Shown: positions 1-44,147 of the stretch, piece after piece
Numbering within the stretch: position 1 is the stretch's first letter
Layout: each line of letters opens with the position of its first letter
Source of the DNA: the human T2T-CHM13v2.0 reference genome, Homo sapiens
Assembly: GCF_009914755.1 (NCBI RefSeq)
Contig: NC_060925.1
Strand: one strand, 5' to 3'
DNA: 64,000 nt
Program-made: the position numbers and the translations under genes
Notes under the pieces: model-generated
What the model saw: only the letters and a program-made list of their open reading frames with translations
Told to the model about the DNA's origin: nothing
The model's database searches: none

Positions 1-125
1 GGGAGTAACAGTGGTATCTACCTGATATAATTACTGGCGGGATTAAAGGAGCTAATATCTGTTTGGTGCTCAGCATGGTGGTTGCCACAGAGATGGGACT
101 CAAGAATTATGGCCTATGTGCTGTG
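1..125 (+). mobile_element. MIR fragment
   Basis: MIR core-like ...tatctacctgat...ggattaaa..agctaat...gtgctcagcatggtg. Confidence 0.55.
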
Positions 126-3100
126 TTGTCATTGTTATTATTACTACACCCCACTCTGCCTTCAGAAGTTCCCCCAGTGGATCCCTCAGCACCTGAATTC
201 TAGTAAAGAGAGAATGCATGGGTTGGGGGGGTGCTTTCTGGGGCTGCCCTTGTTTACATGCACACAGAGCATGCGTTCTCCCACGTGAGATGGTAAAATG
301 GAACCACAAGATCTGTTTGCACTGGCCACACCCACATTTTTCAGTGCCAGTTCCTCCCCCTCTGGACCATCTGCCCCCTTTCCTGCTTCCCTTCCTTCTT
401 GACAAAGAAAACAAGATATTGACTCAAGAGAACAGACTCAGCAAATGCAACAGGAAAGTAAGAAAGGGCTGCAGAAGTTGCCACTGGCTCCTCAGCTGGA
501 TTTCTTGTTTGGAATGGTCCCACAAGTCCCAAGCCATGCTGTGTGTCAGGACTGTGCCCACCCAAAGATGATTTCCCTGAGGTGAGGATGGATTCTGTCT
601 ACAAAGTAGGGAAGGTACAGCACAAATACTGGCTCTTTTGAAAGTGGCCAAAAGTCACAAAGGGATGGCCAGGCTTCTTAGTGTATCCTGGCTTTCAAAC
701 TGTCACTTGGGGCATCCTTGGGGCATGATATGGTCTTGGCATCAGAATATTGCATCAGAAAATGGAAAAAACTAGAAGTTGGAAAAACACATCGGACTCC
801 AGGAACTTTGGGGTGTTCAAAAATGGATCAATTCATTTATGCACTCATTCAATTCCATCATATCATATTTATCATGCTCATATTATGATAAGATACCAGG
901 ATTTGGCCTTGCAGAAGCAAAGATGGTGTCAATTGAGGTATGAAATGGAAGACCAAAACACAAACCCGACAAATCTGTGAAATGGAATAAAAAGAAATCA
1001 CCACTCTGTTCATTTGATTTTTCAATAAGCTTTTCTTTCTCTTTCTCCTTCCATCCATGTGGTAACCAGATGCAGCTGGTAGGTAAGCAGGCAAGCACTG
1101 CTCCTCATTTTACAGATGAATAAGAAACAAACTGGCTTCCAAGTCTTGGGGCTCTCCCCATGTGTGCTGCAGGGCTGCACTGGATTAGAGTCCCCCTGGC
1201 TGGGACATGCAGACTTCCGGTAGGTTCAAATGTCTCTCTAGTCACTGCTGTTAGTGTTTTACCCCGCCTCTTTGTTTCAAATGTGAGGCAGTAGTAAGAT
1301 TTCAACATGGCAAGCAGGTTGTTCTCAGAGGGTTGGAAGGCAGGGACCCTAGAACACCTGTAAATACCATGTTCTGCCCACAGAAATGTGTAGGATAATC
1401 TGTGTGTGCGAAGCACTGGTTGGGTAGGAAGCAGTGAAGGGTGGGCACAAAGCTGAATGCACCTTCGCTCCTGCCTCAAGGAGATTGCTGTTCAGAAAAG
1501 GGATCAGGCGTAACGACAACTAGTTGTACCAGACAGCCAAATAGTAAAATAGTGTAAAAGGGTGTTACAAGGAGTGTGCTGAGAAGGGCAGAGCGTTAAT
1601 GCTCACTCACAGACTCGCAGGAGTTGTCATAGAGGCGAGGCAGGGGACCTAGAAGGCTTCAGCTGTCAGGGGATGGGAAGTGGTTAGTCTAGAGTGAGTG
1701 GTGAGTGGGCTGGGAGGAAGTGGAAGCCGAGGCCCGGGAGATAGAGGGGGCCCAAATGCCTGGGAAAGGGCCTTGGGCTCCCTTCAGTAGGCAGTGGGAG
1801 TGGGGTGGCGTGGCATTTCTAGAAGATGCCACTGAAGGCAATGTGTAGGATGCCAGCGGGGAAAGTGAGCTGGGAGCCTGCTGTAGGCATCTAGCCAGAG
1901 AGCAGGCTTGAACTAGAGCAGAGGGGTGGGAAGAGGACAGAGCTGAGCACGCCTACAGGACTTGCAACACCTGGTGGGGGTGGAGGCAAGAGAGGTCAAG
2001 AAGGGTGTGGGGTCCCTGCCTGTGTCCTGGGCCAGCAGCATCCAGGGGCAGCAGCCTCCAAGTCAAGGCCAGGCCCTGTCAGGAGCAGTTTGCCCCAGGT
2101 GACTGTCAGAGGTTTTAATAAAACAATTAAAAATAATTTGTGTCTCTGATAATAGTCCGGCCTGTTTTGGGCTCAGTAAAAGCTCAGGGGCTCTGAGGTA
2201 ATTAGGAGAACAGTTTGGGCCACAGCTGCCTGTCATGAAGAAATCAGGAAGCTGCCAAGCATCCTCTGACTTGGTTTCTACTCACCACCAATTATACCTG
2301 AGTTAGATGTTGGCTTTGAGGTCCTGAGTGGGGACCACTTCCACTGATTTCCTCTTCTTGGGGGCTCTTCAGGGTGCCTGTTGGAACACCCTGAAGAGGT
2401 GCTTTTTAAGGATGTGCTTGGCCACAGCCACTCTTTCCAGAGCCACAAGACCCAAGGGTAGCAGGATCAGGAGCACGGGGAGGGGCGGGGCAGGGTAGGC
2501 ACTGTGGTGTCTGTGGTCGTTGTAATTAGGTGACTGCCTGCTTCCCCAAAGATGGTGGCTCCCCCACTCACCTCCCCTGGGGAGTCTAACTTGGAAAATA
2601 AATGATTCTCTTTGTCCCTTGAGTTACCTGAACCTTCCCCAGCAAGAAACACCCCAGGCCCAGGAGGTGGGTGCTCAGGGAGCTGCCTTCATCATTACAA
2701 AAGTGCCCCTCTTCCCTTCTCCTCCTCCCCGGCTGCTGTGGGGTGGAGGGGCTCCAGGCTTTGTCCTGGTGCCAGGGTGAGAGCAGCCATCCCCCACCAC
2801 CTTGAGCTTATTGCCGGATGCTGTGCTTGAAAAATTTTCGTGGAGCCCTCACCCCTCTGGCAGGAGATATTTTTACCTGTCTGCCTCCCAGTCACACTAT
2901 TTTTTCTCCTTTCAAGAAGATTCGCAGTTCACTTGCTCCGACCTCCTTCTCTCACAGGAGCTATTCTGAGCTGCAAGCCACCTCTGTTGCTAAGTGACAA
3001 GCTGGCACCAAGGGCCTTCTCGGCACTCGTGCCCCTCTGCGCTGTGCTTTCAGGGATGGAGGCACTCCTTTCAGAGAGTACCTTGCAGCTTCATCATCCG

Positions 3101-3744
3101 ACGTGTTGCTCGTGAAAGCCACTTCACAACCCACCCCAGCTACTAAGGGGGGGATAATTAGAATACGGCTGGGCTGGCTGTCACCACATCTCTACCATGC
3201 TCCAGTGGGCTCTCAGCTGATGGAGGGTGGCAGGGCAGACAGAACTTACCTTTCGCATCCATTGTTACAGGTGCCTGGGGCAGGTGGCTTCTTGCTCACA
3301 CCCATAAGCAGGAGGGACTCTCAACAGATATATGCTAGAGCTGAAGGGGGTCTTGGAGGCCATCCATGCCAACCCATTTTACACACAGGAAAACTGAGAT
3401 CCGGAGAAGTTAGGGCAATAGTACCAGTTTGCACGGTAGGTTGGTCAGGCCCAGCACCTAGCTGGCCTGCTGATGCCTGGATTATGGCTGGTTCCATGAG
3501 ATACATGGGTACGGGAAGAGAGGAATCGCCCCTCTCAGGGTCCTTCTCTGATCCTGATGCTTCTCCCAGACAAGGCTTTGGGGTCATTGGCTGGGTACAC
3601 TTTGGATTCCCAGGCCCTGCCTGCTCTAAAAGCTCACCTTTCACCAGCACATGGCTTCAGGGAACTGGGGGTGGAGCAGGGAGGGTTATTCCAAGTCACT
3701 ATTTCCACTGGGGTATGAATTGAATGAGAGCTGAAGAAGAGGTA

Positions 3745-3950
3745 CCATTCATGAGCACTTCTTGGGTGCCGGCATGGTTCTAAGACCAGTACAATGTATC
3801 CTCCTCACAGTATGGTGAGGTGGGCACCGCTGGCACCCTCCCTTGACACATGAGGAAACTGAAGCTCAGAGAGGCTAGAAAAGTTGCCCAGGCCAGGTGG
3901 CTGGCAAGCAGTGAGCTGGGGTTGGAACCCAGGCCATCTTACTCCTGAGC
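3745..3950 (-). mobile_element. MIR
   Basis: atgaggaaactgaagctcagagaggctag...ttgcccagg. Confidence 0.7.
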
Positions 3951-4699
3951 AGGATCACCAACCCATGTTGGTAAAAAAAAAAAAAAAAAAAAAAAATGGT
4001 TTTAAGCGGTCTCAAGCTATTCCAAACATGAGGTACATTTTAATAACAATAATGCTAAACTTTTAATACAGGCCGTGTTTTTATTAATAATAATATTGCT
4101 GGTCTTTTGGGTCCAAGCTGGTAGCTGCGGGACCTTTGCCTGGCTTCCTTTGACACTGGGGTGTGGTGCATGGTAGGACTTTCTAGGGGGTGCCCTAGGT
4201 GGACACCAGTTCTGGAGAAGAAAGTGGGCATTGCTGAGGTGGTGCAGGATGCTTCTCTCCACCCACCTCCACTCCCATGGTCAGCTCTCCTTGGCCTTTC
4301 TTGAGAAGAAATGGGATTGATGGGACCAAATATCAATATGGGGACTTACATATTTTTTAAATGCATAAAGGTAAACAATGCAAGGCTTCCAGGCAGTGGC
4401 TGCTACCATTTGGGTCCTTTCTGTGTGCCAAGCTCTATGTCAGGCACTCTGTGTGCGGCTGCTCATTGGACCCTCACAGCAGCCCTCCCTGGGAGATGGG
4501 AGCCATCATTAAATGCAACCTTTTCACCCATGAGGAGACAGACGCTCACATAATTAAAGTGCCTTGTCCAAGAGCACACAGCTAGTGTGTGGCCAAGGCC
4601 CCAGGGCTGCCCACCTCCCTCAGAGCACCTGCCCCAGTCCTCACACACAGCACAGCCGTGCTCCTCCCTCCCCAGCACACCTCTCCCTGTCTCCGCCTC

Positions 4700-5160
4700 T
4701 CATTCTGCCCCGGGGCTCTGGCCACCTTGCTCTTCCTGGAATTCCCAGGGCTGTTTCCTTTTTGGGAGCTTTGTGTCTGCTGTTCGCTCTGCCAATGCTC
4801 TTTCCTGTCATTCACGCCTCTGCTCAAATGTCACTTCCTCAGAGATGCCCTTCCTGACTGCCCCCCAACCCCCGCATCCAGCATAAAAGAGCCACCTGCC
4901 AGCTTGCTCCACCCCTCCGGTGTGACTCCCCTGGAGTCACATGGAGATACATGGAGTCACCCCATGTATCACCCCTGGCCATTACATTATCCATCGATTT
5001 CTTTAGTATCCGGCCCTTCCACATGAAATGCAAACTCCACAAGAGGAGACACTTTGCCTGTTTTGTTTGCTGCTGTATCCCTCACACCTAGAACAGAGGC
5101 TGGCATATAGGAGGCACTCAGGAAATGTATGTCAGGTGAGTGAGTGAGTCAATGAATGAA
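4700..5160 (+). mobile_element. L2 3' fragment
   Basis: tctgctcaaatgtcacttcctcagag...cctagaacagaggctggcatatagg...tgaatgaa. Confidence 0.75.
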
Positions 5161-7795
5161 GTGAGAACTCTCAACTCCAGGCCTGTCTGGCTTCACAGCT
5201 CATGCCTCCCACTCCCACACCCAGTGATCTTCTCCCTGTGTCCCCCACCTCTACTGAGTCTGACTCTGTCCCAGACAAGGCTCTGTTCAGGGTGTTAGGA
5301 GAACCTGAGTAGCTTTGGGCAATTCAGTTCCTCTCTCTGGGCCTCAGTTTGTTCAGAGATAAAATGGGAATGTTGAGTCGGACAATTGCTAGGGTCCCTC
5401 AAGCTTTAATTTCTGAGTCTGACCCTGTTGTCACCTGGGCATATTCACTGGACACAGAGGGTTCCAGTCATGACTGCAGCCCAGCCCAGTGCCTCAGCCT
5501 GGAGGTTTGTGCGAGCCCTTTGCATCCTGCAGACCTAATGGCACAGGAGTTCTTGGGCCCCCATCCCTCAGTGCGGGATGCGCATGGCGTCAGTGACATC
5601 TTGGGAAGAAGGAGGAAGCTCGTATTAGCTGATGCCCTGTGGTTGCTGGATGCTGCTGTAGGTATCCTCCTTCTGCTTTACCAGAATGTCCTGGAGTCCT
5701 CTTCTTTTAAAATGATGCTTTTTTCCTCCCAGCCCTTTCTCATCTTGGTGACCGAAGCTGCCACTCACTAGGCTATTTATGGAGAAACATGTGCTCCAAT
5801 TGGTCAGCAGCAAGATAAATTCTGCAGACTTGCAGGAAACTCCCTTGGTTTTCTCTAGTTGTGGCTTGATGATCAGTAAATCATACCTAATGCACTGCTC
5901 TGATCAAACCCTGCTGCAGGCAGAGTGGCTGGAGACAGGCTCTGAGCCAAGGAACTCTAGTGATTGCAGGCTCCAGAGGGACCCCCACCCTTCTTCCCAG
6001 ATCTCATCTTTAGTAACAGCTCTGTATGTAAGCTGTAGGGGACGGGGAGATGCCTTGACAGGCAGCCGTTTCTCTGTTTGCATGCCCTGCAGACGGGGAC
6101 CTGCTGAGTGAGGAGAGGAGCTCGCCCTGGCAGCCCAGGCAAGGACACAGGCCTCTCCGTTGCGTAACTCCTAGGGCCGTACTTCACTTGTGTAGCACAG
6201 GCAACACGGCAGCCCTGGGGGGAGGCCCAGGGCTGAAAGTTCCACAGATGCACAAGTGCCACCCGTGGGGCACCTTTTAGGATGCAATGGGGTGTTCAAC
6301 TGACCCACTGGGAAGTGAGTCCCAGCAGAGAGCTTCTTATAGGGAATTCTGTGGTCCTCTAACCAGGCTGGCCCTGTCATAGTTACCCCAAAGCCTAACC
6401 CTGTCTATGCTTGAGGTGTGAGGGGGCAGTCACTAAAGACTCACTGTTCCCTTGGAAGAGGAGGGCAGCAGGTGTCACCTGCTAATGTGGTCCAAGACCT
6501 GGCCTACGGAGGGCTAGCCAACCCCATAAACCTCCCAGTTTCATTACATGTGTAACAGGGCCTGGCTGGCAGGTCTCCTTGATGGTCAGGCCTTGGCTGG
6601 GGTCAGCCAGGATGTCTGGGTCAAGGCTGGCAGGAAGGACGGGCCTGGCCCTTGAACTGCACAGCAGCCTTGCCTGTGCCATTCAGGTGGCACGTACCTA
6701 CGAGGAGAACAAACGGAGCCCAGCTTCCAGAGACAGCTCTTTCCCTTAATAAAGTAATTACAGAGCTGGGTAAGTTACATCCCTAGAAAGATGCAGGGCA
6801 ACCGCAGGCTGGGGTGTGTGTGTTTAATTTTAAATCCTCCAACCTTCCCTTAATGAGGGGGTGCCTTGAAATATAACGGAATGGTGGAATTCTTCAAAGG
6901 CTTCGTTTTCTTGGTGCTTTATTTCTTTAAGGGAAAGCATGAAAGACAAATGAGGACTGGCAGGAGTAGGGGAGGGTTTTGCCTCCTCCGCCCATGTCGT
7001 GCAGACATTATCTGCTGTAAAACTGTCGCTGAAGGATGGAGAACCAGCTCTTGGCTGCAGAAGTCCTCAGATAATGTCAGTGCTGAGCAATGACCCAAGA
7101 TTCATTGGCACTGAGCAAACAGCCCTTGGCTTCTGGTGCCAGAATCTTTAGCTGAGCCTGGTCAACCAGTCCAGCTAGGGGAATGGAGATGCCATCGGCA
7201 CTGGTGTCCAGGGGCCCCCTGGTGATGGCTCAAGAGCCTTTTTTTTTTTTTAAATCACCTGGGGATCCTGTAAAAAGGCAGAGATTGATTCAGGAGGTCT
7301 GGTGCGAGCCTAAGATGCCCCTTTCTAACCAGTTCCTGGTGCAATCCCTGCATTTTGAATGAAAAGGCCCTAAGGAAGGAAGGCGCTGGCTTCCGTGGCT
7401 TCCGCCATGTGGTTTTGGCTAAGCAGAACACCTGGAAGGGGAAGGCTGTATGGGCCTCCAAAGGGGCTTGAGCACTCTAAGCTCTGCAGTATGGAAGAGG
7501 GAAATGTCTTCACGGATAACGCTCTACTTGGGTTCGGAGTATGGCTTTGCCTATTTTGCCCCTTTAGGTTTACTTTTCAAATAATGCTCGGGTCAAGCCT
7601 CTGGAGAAACTGAGTCTGTAGGCCTTGAGCTCCTCACCGGGCAGCCCCTGATGGGGAGCTAGGGCAAGCTGCATATATGAGGCCCTTGACCTGCCTCACA
7701 GTGTGATGGGGAGTTAATTTGGGTTGTGTCCACGTTGGGCTCCTCACCTTCCTGGTGTGGTCAGATAATCCTTTACTGCTCACCTGGTTTCCTAG

Positions 7796-7882
7796 GTCCC
7801 TGAATGAGAAGGAGCTGACAGCAGCTGAATTCCATCTTCTCTGTGTGCTGGGGAGCAGGGCTACACGGCCCAGGTGGCATCA
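7796..7882 (+). other. SLC6A17: 5'UTR portion of first coding exon (exon 2) of SLC6A17
   Basis: Pyrimidine-rich acceptor ...ggtttcctag| at 7794-7795; no CpG-island promoter nearby, so exon 1 lies upstream of the window. Confidence 0.8.
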
Positions 7883-39414
<31,532 letters not shown>

Positions 39415-40809
39415 CCACTGCCCAAGCCCTGCCCGCCTCTCCCCCCACGCTCAACCTGCCCACTTGTCCAGGCCTGGCCTCTTTCTTGAGGTGGCCACCA
39501 GGCCCAGGCCAGGCCCTTTGCCCAAGAAGAGAGGGTCTGCCCTGCCTCACTCCCCTCTTCAGTCCCAGTAGACTCTGCTCCCTAGCCCTGAGCAGGAGGC
39601 TGGGAGCAGCTCTGTTTCCTAATTCAGGACCCCACTCATCTAGCCCTCCAAGAGCCTCCGCCAAATTGTAGCCATGTAATTGGAACAACCCATAAGGCCT
39701 GCTTCCCAGTCCATGGGAGATTCCAAGTGGCCACTGCAGGAGTCACTCACCTCCCTCTCTCCCTGTAACTTGCCACCTGCAGTTCTTAGGGCTGTGGGGT
39801 CAGATGGTGGTGGTGAGAGGCCTTGGGGCTGGGGAAGGAGAGTGGACTTTGGCTCACTCTGCCATGAGAACAGGACACCATCCTGCCCAGCCCAGACGGG
39901 GTTGCTCCTGGTCCAAGAGGCTACCTGCTCCAAGGCGGAGGGTGGGAGCAGGTGTGCCAGGGCTCAGGGCTCAGACTTGGGAGGGCCTAGGCAGAAGCCC
40001 CAAGTTCTGTTTTCTGAGGTATGTGCTGCCCTTGGCTTCAGCATGAGCCTTGGTAGCAGAAGGTGAGGAACCTCCTCTGCCCTGGTCCCTGGGTGGAATC
40101 TTCCCATGTCCTTGGCCCTGCCTGGGGTGTGTGGTGTGTGCTCCTGCATCTTGTCTGGGAGTGCAGTGACCGGGACCAGAACCTTCCCCACCTCAATTAG
40201 GGCTTAGCCATCTCCCTGTCCCCAGCACCCCTCCCCAGCCCACAGTGGTGGCCTCTGCCTCTTTCCTGGAGAGAGAAGGACAGTGCACGGAGAGGTTTCC
40301 AGAGCACAAATTGTTGGTTCCTAGCACAAATTAGATGGTTTGGAGCACAATGGTGAAGCACACTCCCCTCCCTCCTCACCTGGGGTCCAATGTTCTGTCT
40401 AGTGGCAGCTTTTCCCCTGGAACAGGGGTCCCTGGAGTTCACAGGCTTATCCCCAGGAAGCCTCACTCCTGGGGAAAGACAGATAATTTCACTGCCCCTT
40501 TGAGCCACCACTCACTCTCCTTATTACACAAGCACAGCCGCCCAGTGTGCACATCATGTGCAGACACCTTGGAAACCTTTCCCAAGCCTTCCTGGCCCAC
40601 AGTGGCCAGTGCCATAGGCAGTGCTGTGGACAGTAGAGGCTGCCAAAGGCAAGGGCTGGTCTTCAGGATGGAGGCCAGCCTGTGCAGAAGGCTGCAGCTG
40701 ACAACAGCGACCCCACCTGCCATTACCTTCAGGGCCTCCTCTGGAAGAGAACCCATTCTCAGAGTGCAGCCAGGGAGGAACCTGACCCAAGAGTAAATGT
40801 CTGCAGAGA

Positions 40810-40952
40810 GATGGATGGATGGATGGATAGATGGATGGATGGGTTGGGGAGTGGGGGTGGATGGATGGATAGATGGATGGATGGATGGATGGATGGGTTG
40901 GGGGGTGGGGGTGGATGGATAGATGGATGGATGGATGGACGGATGGGGTGGG
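40810..40952. repeat. Compound (GGAT)n / G-run repeat in SLC6A17 3'UTR
   Basis: Three blocks of (GGAT)n-AGAT-(GGAT)n, each followed by a GGGTTGGGG..TGGGGG-type G-run. Confidence 0.95.
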
Positions 40953-43148
40953 GGAAGGAAGGAAAGGAGGGAGAAAGGAGGGAATACTGGCTCCATCTTT
41001 GAGAGCTCTGGTGGGCAGGGCAGAAACAGGCCACAGTGCTCAACCCGGACACCCTCACGAAGGGTCGCAAGTCACTCTTGTGGCTCAGATTGCTCTTAGG
41101 ACCTGGAGGGACAGACCAGAATCAGGGTCCCCTCCTTTACCCCTGAGTTCCTTACTGTTCCCCCAAGCCTGGGAGCAGTCTATCCCCCAACCCTGCCATC
41201 TCCCTTACTCATCCCTCTTCCACAGCTTCCCCTTTCTAGCCCCCTCTGCCCTACCTGTCTTTCCTGAGTGTTTGAGGGGAGAGAGAGACCCACATCTCCC
41301 CAAAGAGATGAGCTTTTGGGGCACAACATCCCACCGCAGTCCCCCTCACCCGACAACACCTCCTACCTGGCCCCTTGCCAAATCCCAAGCAGAATTAGCA
41401 ACAGGAAAAGCAGAGCCCCAGGAGAGACACTCTACTATATATACTCTTCTATATATTCTGTTTCTATTGTATATTCACTCTGTACATGTGGGTGTAAATG
41501 CTGTTAAATGACAAACCCAATATTATACTGTGGCTGGTGGACTATTTTCATCCTCAGTGCTGTACAGATCTATTTTCATTGTATATTTGATATATTTTTA
41601 ATTTTGTAGCGTGTGGCTGGGCCAGGCCCCAGCGGGAGGGGCTGAGCTGGGGCTGTGTGCTTGCTAGGTGTGGGCGCGCTAGTGCTCGTTGTAGCCTTTT
41701 GCTGTGTCTTCGCTGTGTGTTAGACGTAGGGCCTAGAGCTCGGGGTGTGTGTGTGCGTGCTGTGTGTATGGTGTGCACATACGTGAGTGTGGGTGTGTGT
41801 AGCGTGCTGATCTGTGACTCCCAGTGTTCACCACCTTCCTGAAGACCACGCTCCCTCCCCCTGCCTCCTCCTCCTCCTCTTGGCTCTATTGGGAGCCTCA
41901 GGGCCGGCAGGGTGCTTCGGGAGCCCCCTGCTACGGGGAAAGGCATGTGTTTCTTGCTGGTGACTCATTGCCTTCACACCACTGGGTTTGCCAGAAACAG
42001 GGAAGGAGGGCGTTAAGGGAAAAAAAAAATCCTCAAATTTATTTACCAGTCAGCTTCTTGCTGTTCCCAGTAGAATCGCTAGCTCTTCTCCAGAGGAAAA
42101 GTACTAGGATTCTTAAGATGGCGAGACCCCAAGAGGGATCTCATAGCACTGCTGCATTTGCCGTTGACGCAGTCCTGACAGTGTTTGAAAAGGGCCGCCT
42201 GCCCCCTCCCCACTGTGCTTTTGATGCCTTTGGAGTCAAAGGCAGGTGGGGTCACCTGATGAGCTAAGATCCAGCCCCAGAATCCTGGAGGAGCAGGAGG
42301 TAGCAGGAGAGGACCAGGTCCCCAAGTCCCTTCACAGGGTCCCCACCCCCACTGGCTTTGGTGCTGTCCACACAGTGCCCACCAGAAGGCAGAGGGAACT
42401 CCAGGGCAGGGATGTGCCTGAAAGAGTCAACAGTCCCCTGATCCCCTACCTCTGCCTGCCCTCCAGCCCCATCACCAGCTTCTTGCTCAGGGAGACTTCC
42501 GCCCTCCTCACTGAGGCAACATGAAGCCCGAGGCCCAGATGGGGGCTGAACAGGTAGGGCACATCAGTTAATGCCAGTGAGGTCAGCTTCTGCCCTCCAG
42601 CAATACATGTGCAGGGGTTGCTGCTTTCCCAGTGCCAGGAGAACCCCCGCTCCGAGTCAGCCTGTGTGGGTCATGAGGCTGGGGCCCAGGAGACACGGTC
42701 CCAGGCACTGCACAGGCCTGCAGTATTACCAGGCGGAGGGGCTGCTTTTCTGCCCTTCCTCACCCCCACGCCCCACCCCACTCCCCCAGAGTACTCCCCA
42801 CTGTGAAAAGAGCTGGAAACTAAACTGGTTAGAATGAACCTGGCTCCCTGAGCATCCCTGGATCCTTCAAATAGGCCCTGAGATGTGAGGTCTGCTGCTT
42901 CACTGGGGCCCGATGACTTTGGCTGGGGGAGGGGGCCTAGGGCCTCTTCTCATTGAAAGCTCTGCTTTATACAGACCCAAGCATACACACCAGGCCGTCA
43001 CTTTGGGTTCTGGCATAAGTTCAGAACAATTCAAGTCCATGTGTCCCATGGCTGGTCAGAGCCCTGGGTCAAAACCACTCAGCCCAGGGGAGGGGATGAG
43101 GCATTGTCACCCTAGACCCCTCTTCCTCTCTCCCCCACCATAGTGTGC

Positions 43149-43154
43149 AATAAA
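43149..43154 (+). terminator. Polyadenylation signal AATAAA of SLC6A17
   Basis: gtgcAATAAAgtgtctgttcttacca, with a CA cleavage candidate ~43169-43170 and U-rich downstream sequence. Confidence 0.85.
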
Positions 43155-44128
43155 GTGTCTGTTCTTACCAAACCCTTCTTGCCTTTCTCACCTGCTCTTG
43201 CAATGAGGGAGAGGGAAGGGTGGCCAAGGATCCTGCGGGAAGCTTTGGGGTGAAAAGCTTGGACTGGGATGGGTGGACAGGACTGCTGAGGGGGGTTGTG
43301 GGTGCTGGCTGGCTGAGGAGCAGCGCGGGGAGTGTGCACAGGTTCATATCTGTATTTTCCTAGGAATTGTCCTAGGTATTAACAATGCACACACTTGTAG
43401 AGGGCCCTATTGGGGTCCAGCGATTCCACATGTCTAATTTCCTGTCATCTTTGCAACCGTTTCCTAAGGGAGACCCTTTGCTGGCTACATTTTTCCAGGT
43501 GAAACTGCATCTGAAATTAGGATGGTATTTGGTGGTCTCTTACAGGACCCTGTAGGGGAAACTCCTGTCCCACCTGACTACCAGGAAAAGCTATACTTGT
43601 CAGCCTGGCAAGGGTGGGGTGTGTGGAGGCCCACCTCAGGGAAGGACAGGGGTGGGAAGGTGCCAGTGTTGAGAGGTCTGACAGCAAGGACCAGGACTCT
43701 CTTGGGTGCTGGGTTGGGGGGGGGGTGGGCTCCCCTGGAACAGGCATATTCTAAAGTTCTGCCCCTCTCTTCAAGATAGCTATCCCTCTTGCAAACTTCA
43801 GTAGAAGGTAAAGACGAACTAGGGGATCTGACATCACCTCTGTTCTAACATTCCAGCCCCAAGTATTCATTTATTAAACACCCACTGAATACTCAGCACT
43901 GTGAAGAACGGACTGTGCTGGTGGCTGGGAAGCTCTTCTTCCTGCCTCACCCTCTAGGAGCACCGACATTGAAAGAAACAAGAAGTCTGGCTCCTGGAGG
44001 AGGCCTCACCCCCACCCCACCCAGCTCCAGGCTGGAATGATGCTGCTTGCACTCAGACGCACACAGCCAAGGACCCTGAAGGAACCTGCCATTTTCTTCT
44101 CTTGCCATAGAAAGTGTTGTTCCAGGAA

Positions 44129-44147
44129 TAGCCACCAGATGGCAGGA
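44129..44147 (+). promoter_or_regulatory. CTCF-like motif downstream of SLC6A17
   Basis: TAGCCACCAGATGGCAGGA fits the core CCASYAGRKGGCRS. Confidence 0.6.

Larger units (their letters stand above)
39415..43172 (+). other. SLC6A17: SLC6A17 long 3'UTR (~3.75 kb; 3' end approximate)
   Basis: Stretch without recognisable transposons from the stop codon to the first downstream AATAAA seen (43149). Confidence 0.8.

Noticed and set aside
3103-3723. 206-aa ORF in intron 1 (and 208-aa ORF at 29602-30228)
   Set aside because: No family motifs; they overlap MIR/L2-derived sequence
40463-41511. 177-212 aa ORFs with IHPS/WMDG repeats
   Set aside because: Translation of the (GGAT)n repeat in the 3'UTR
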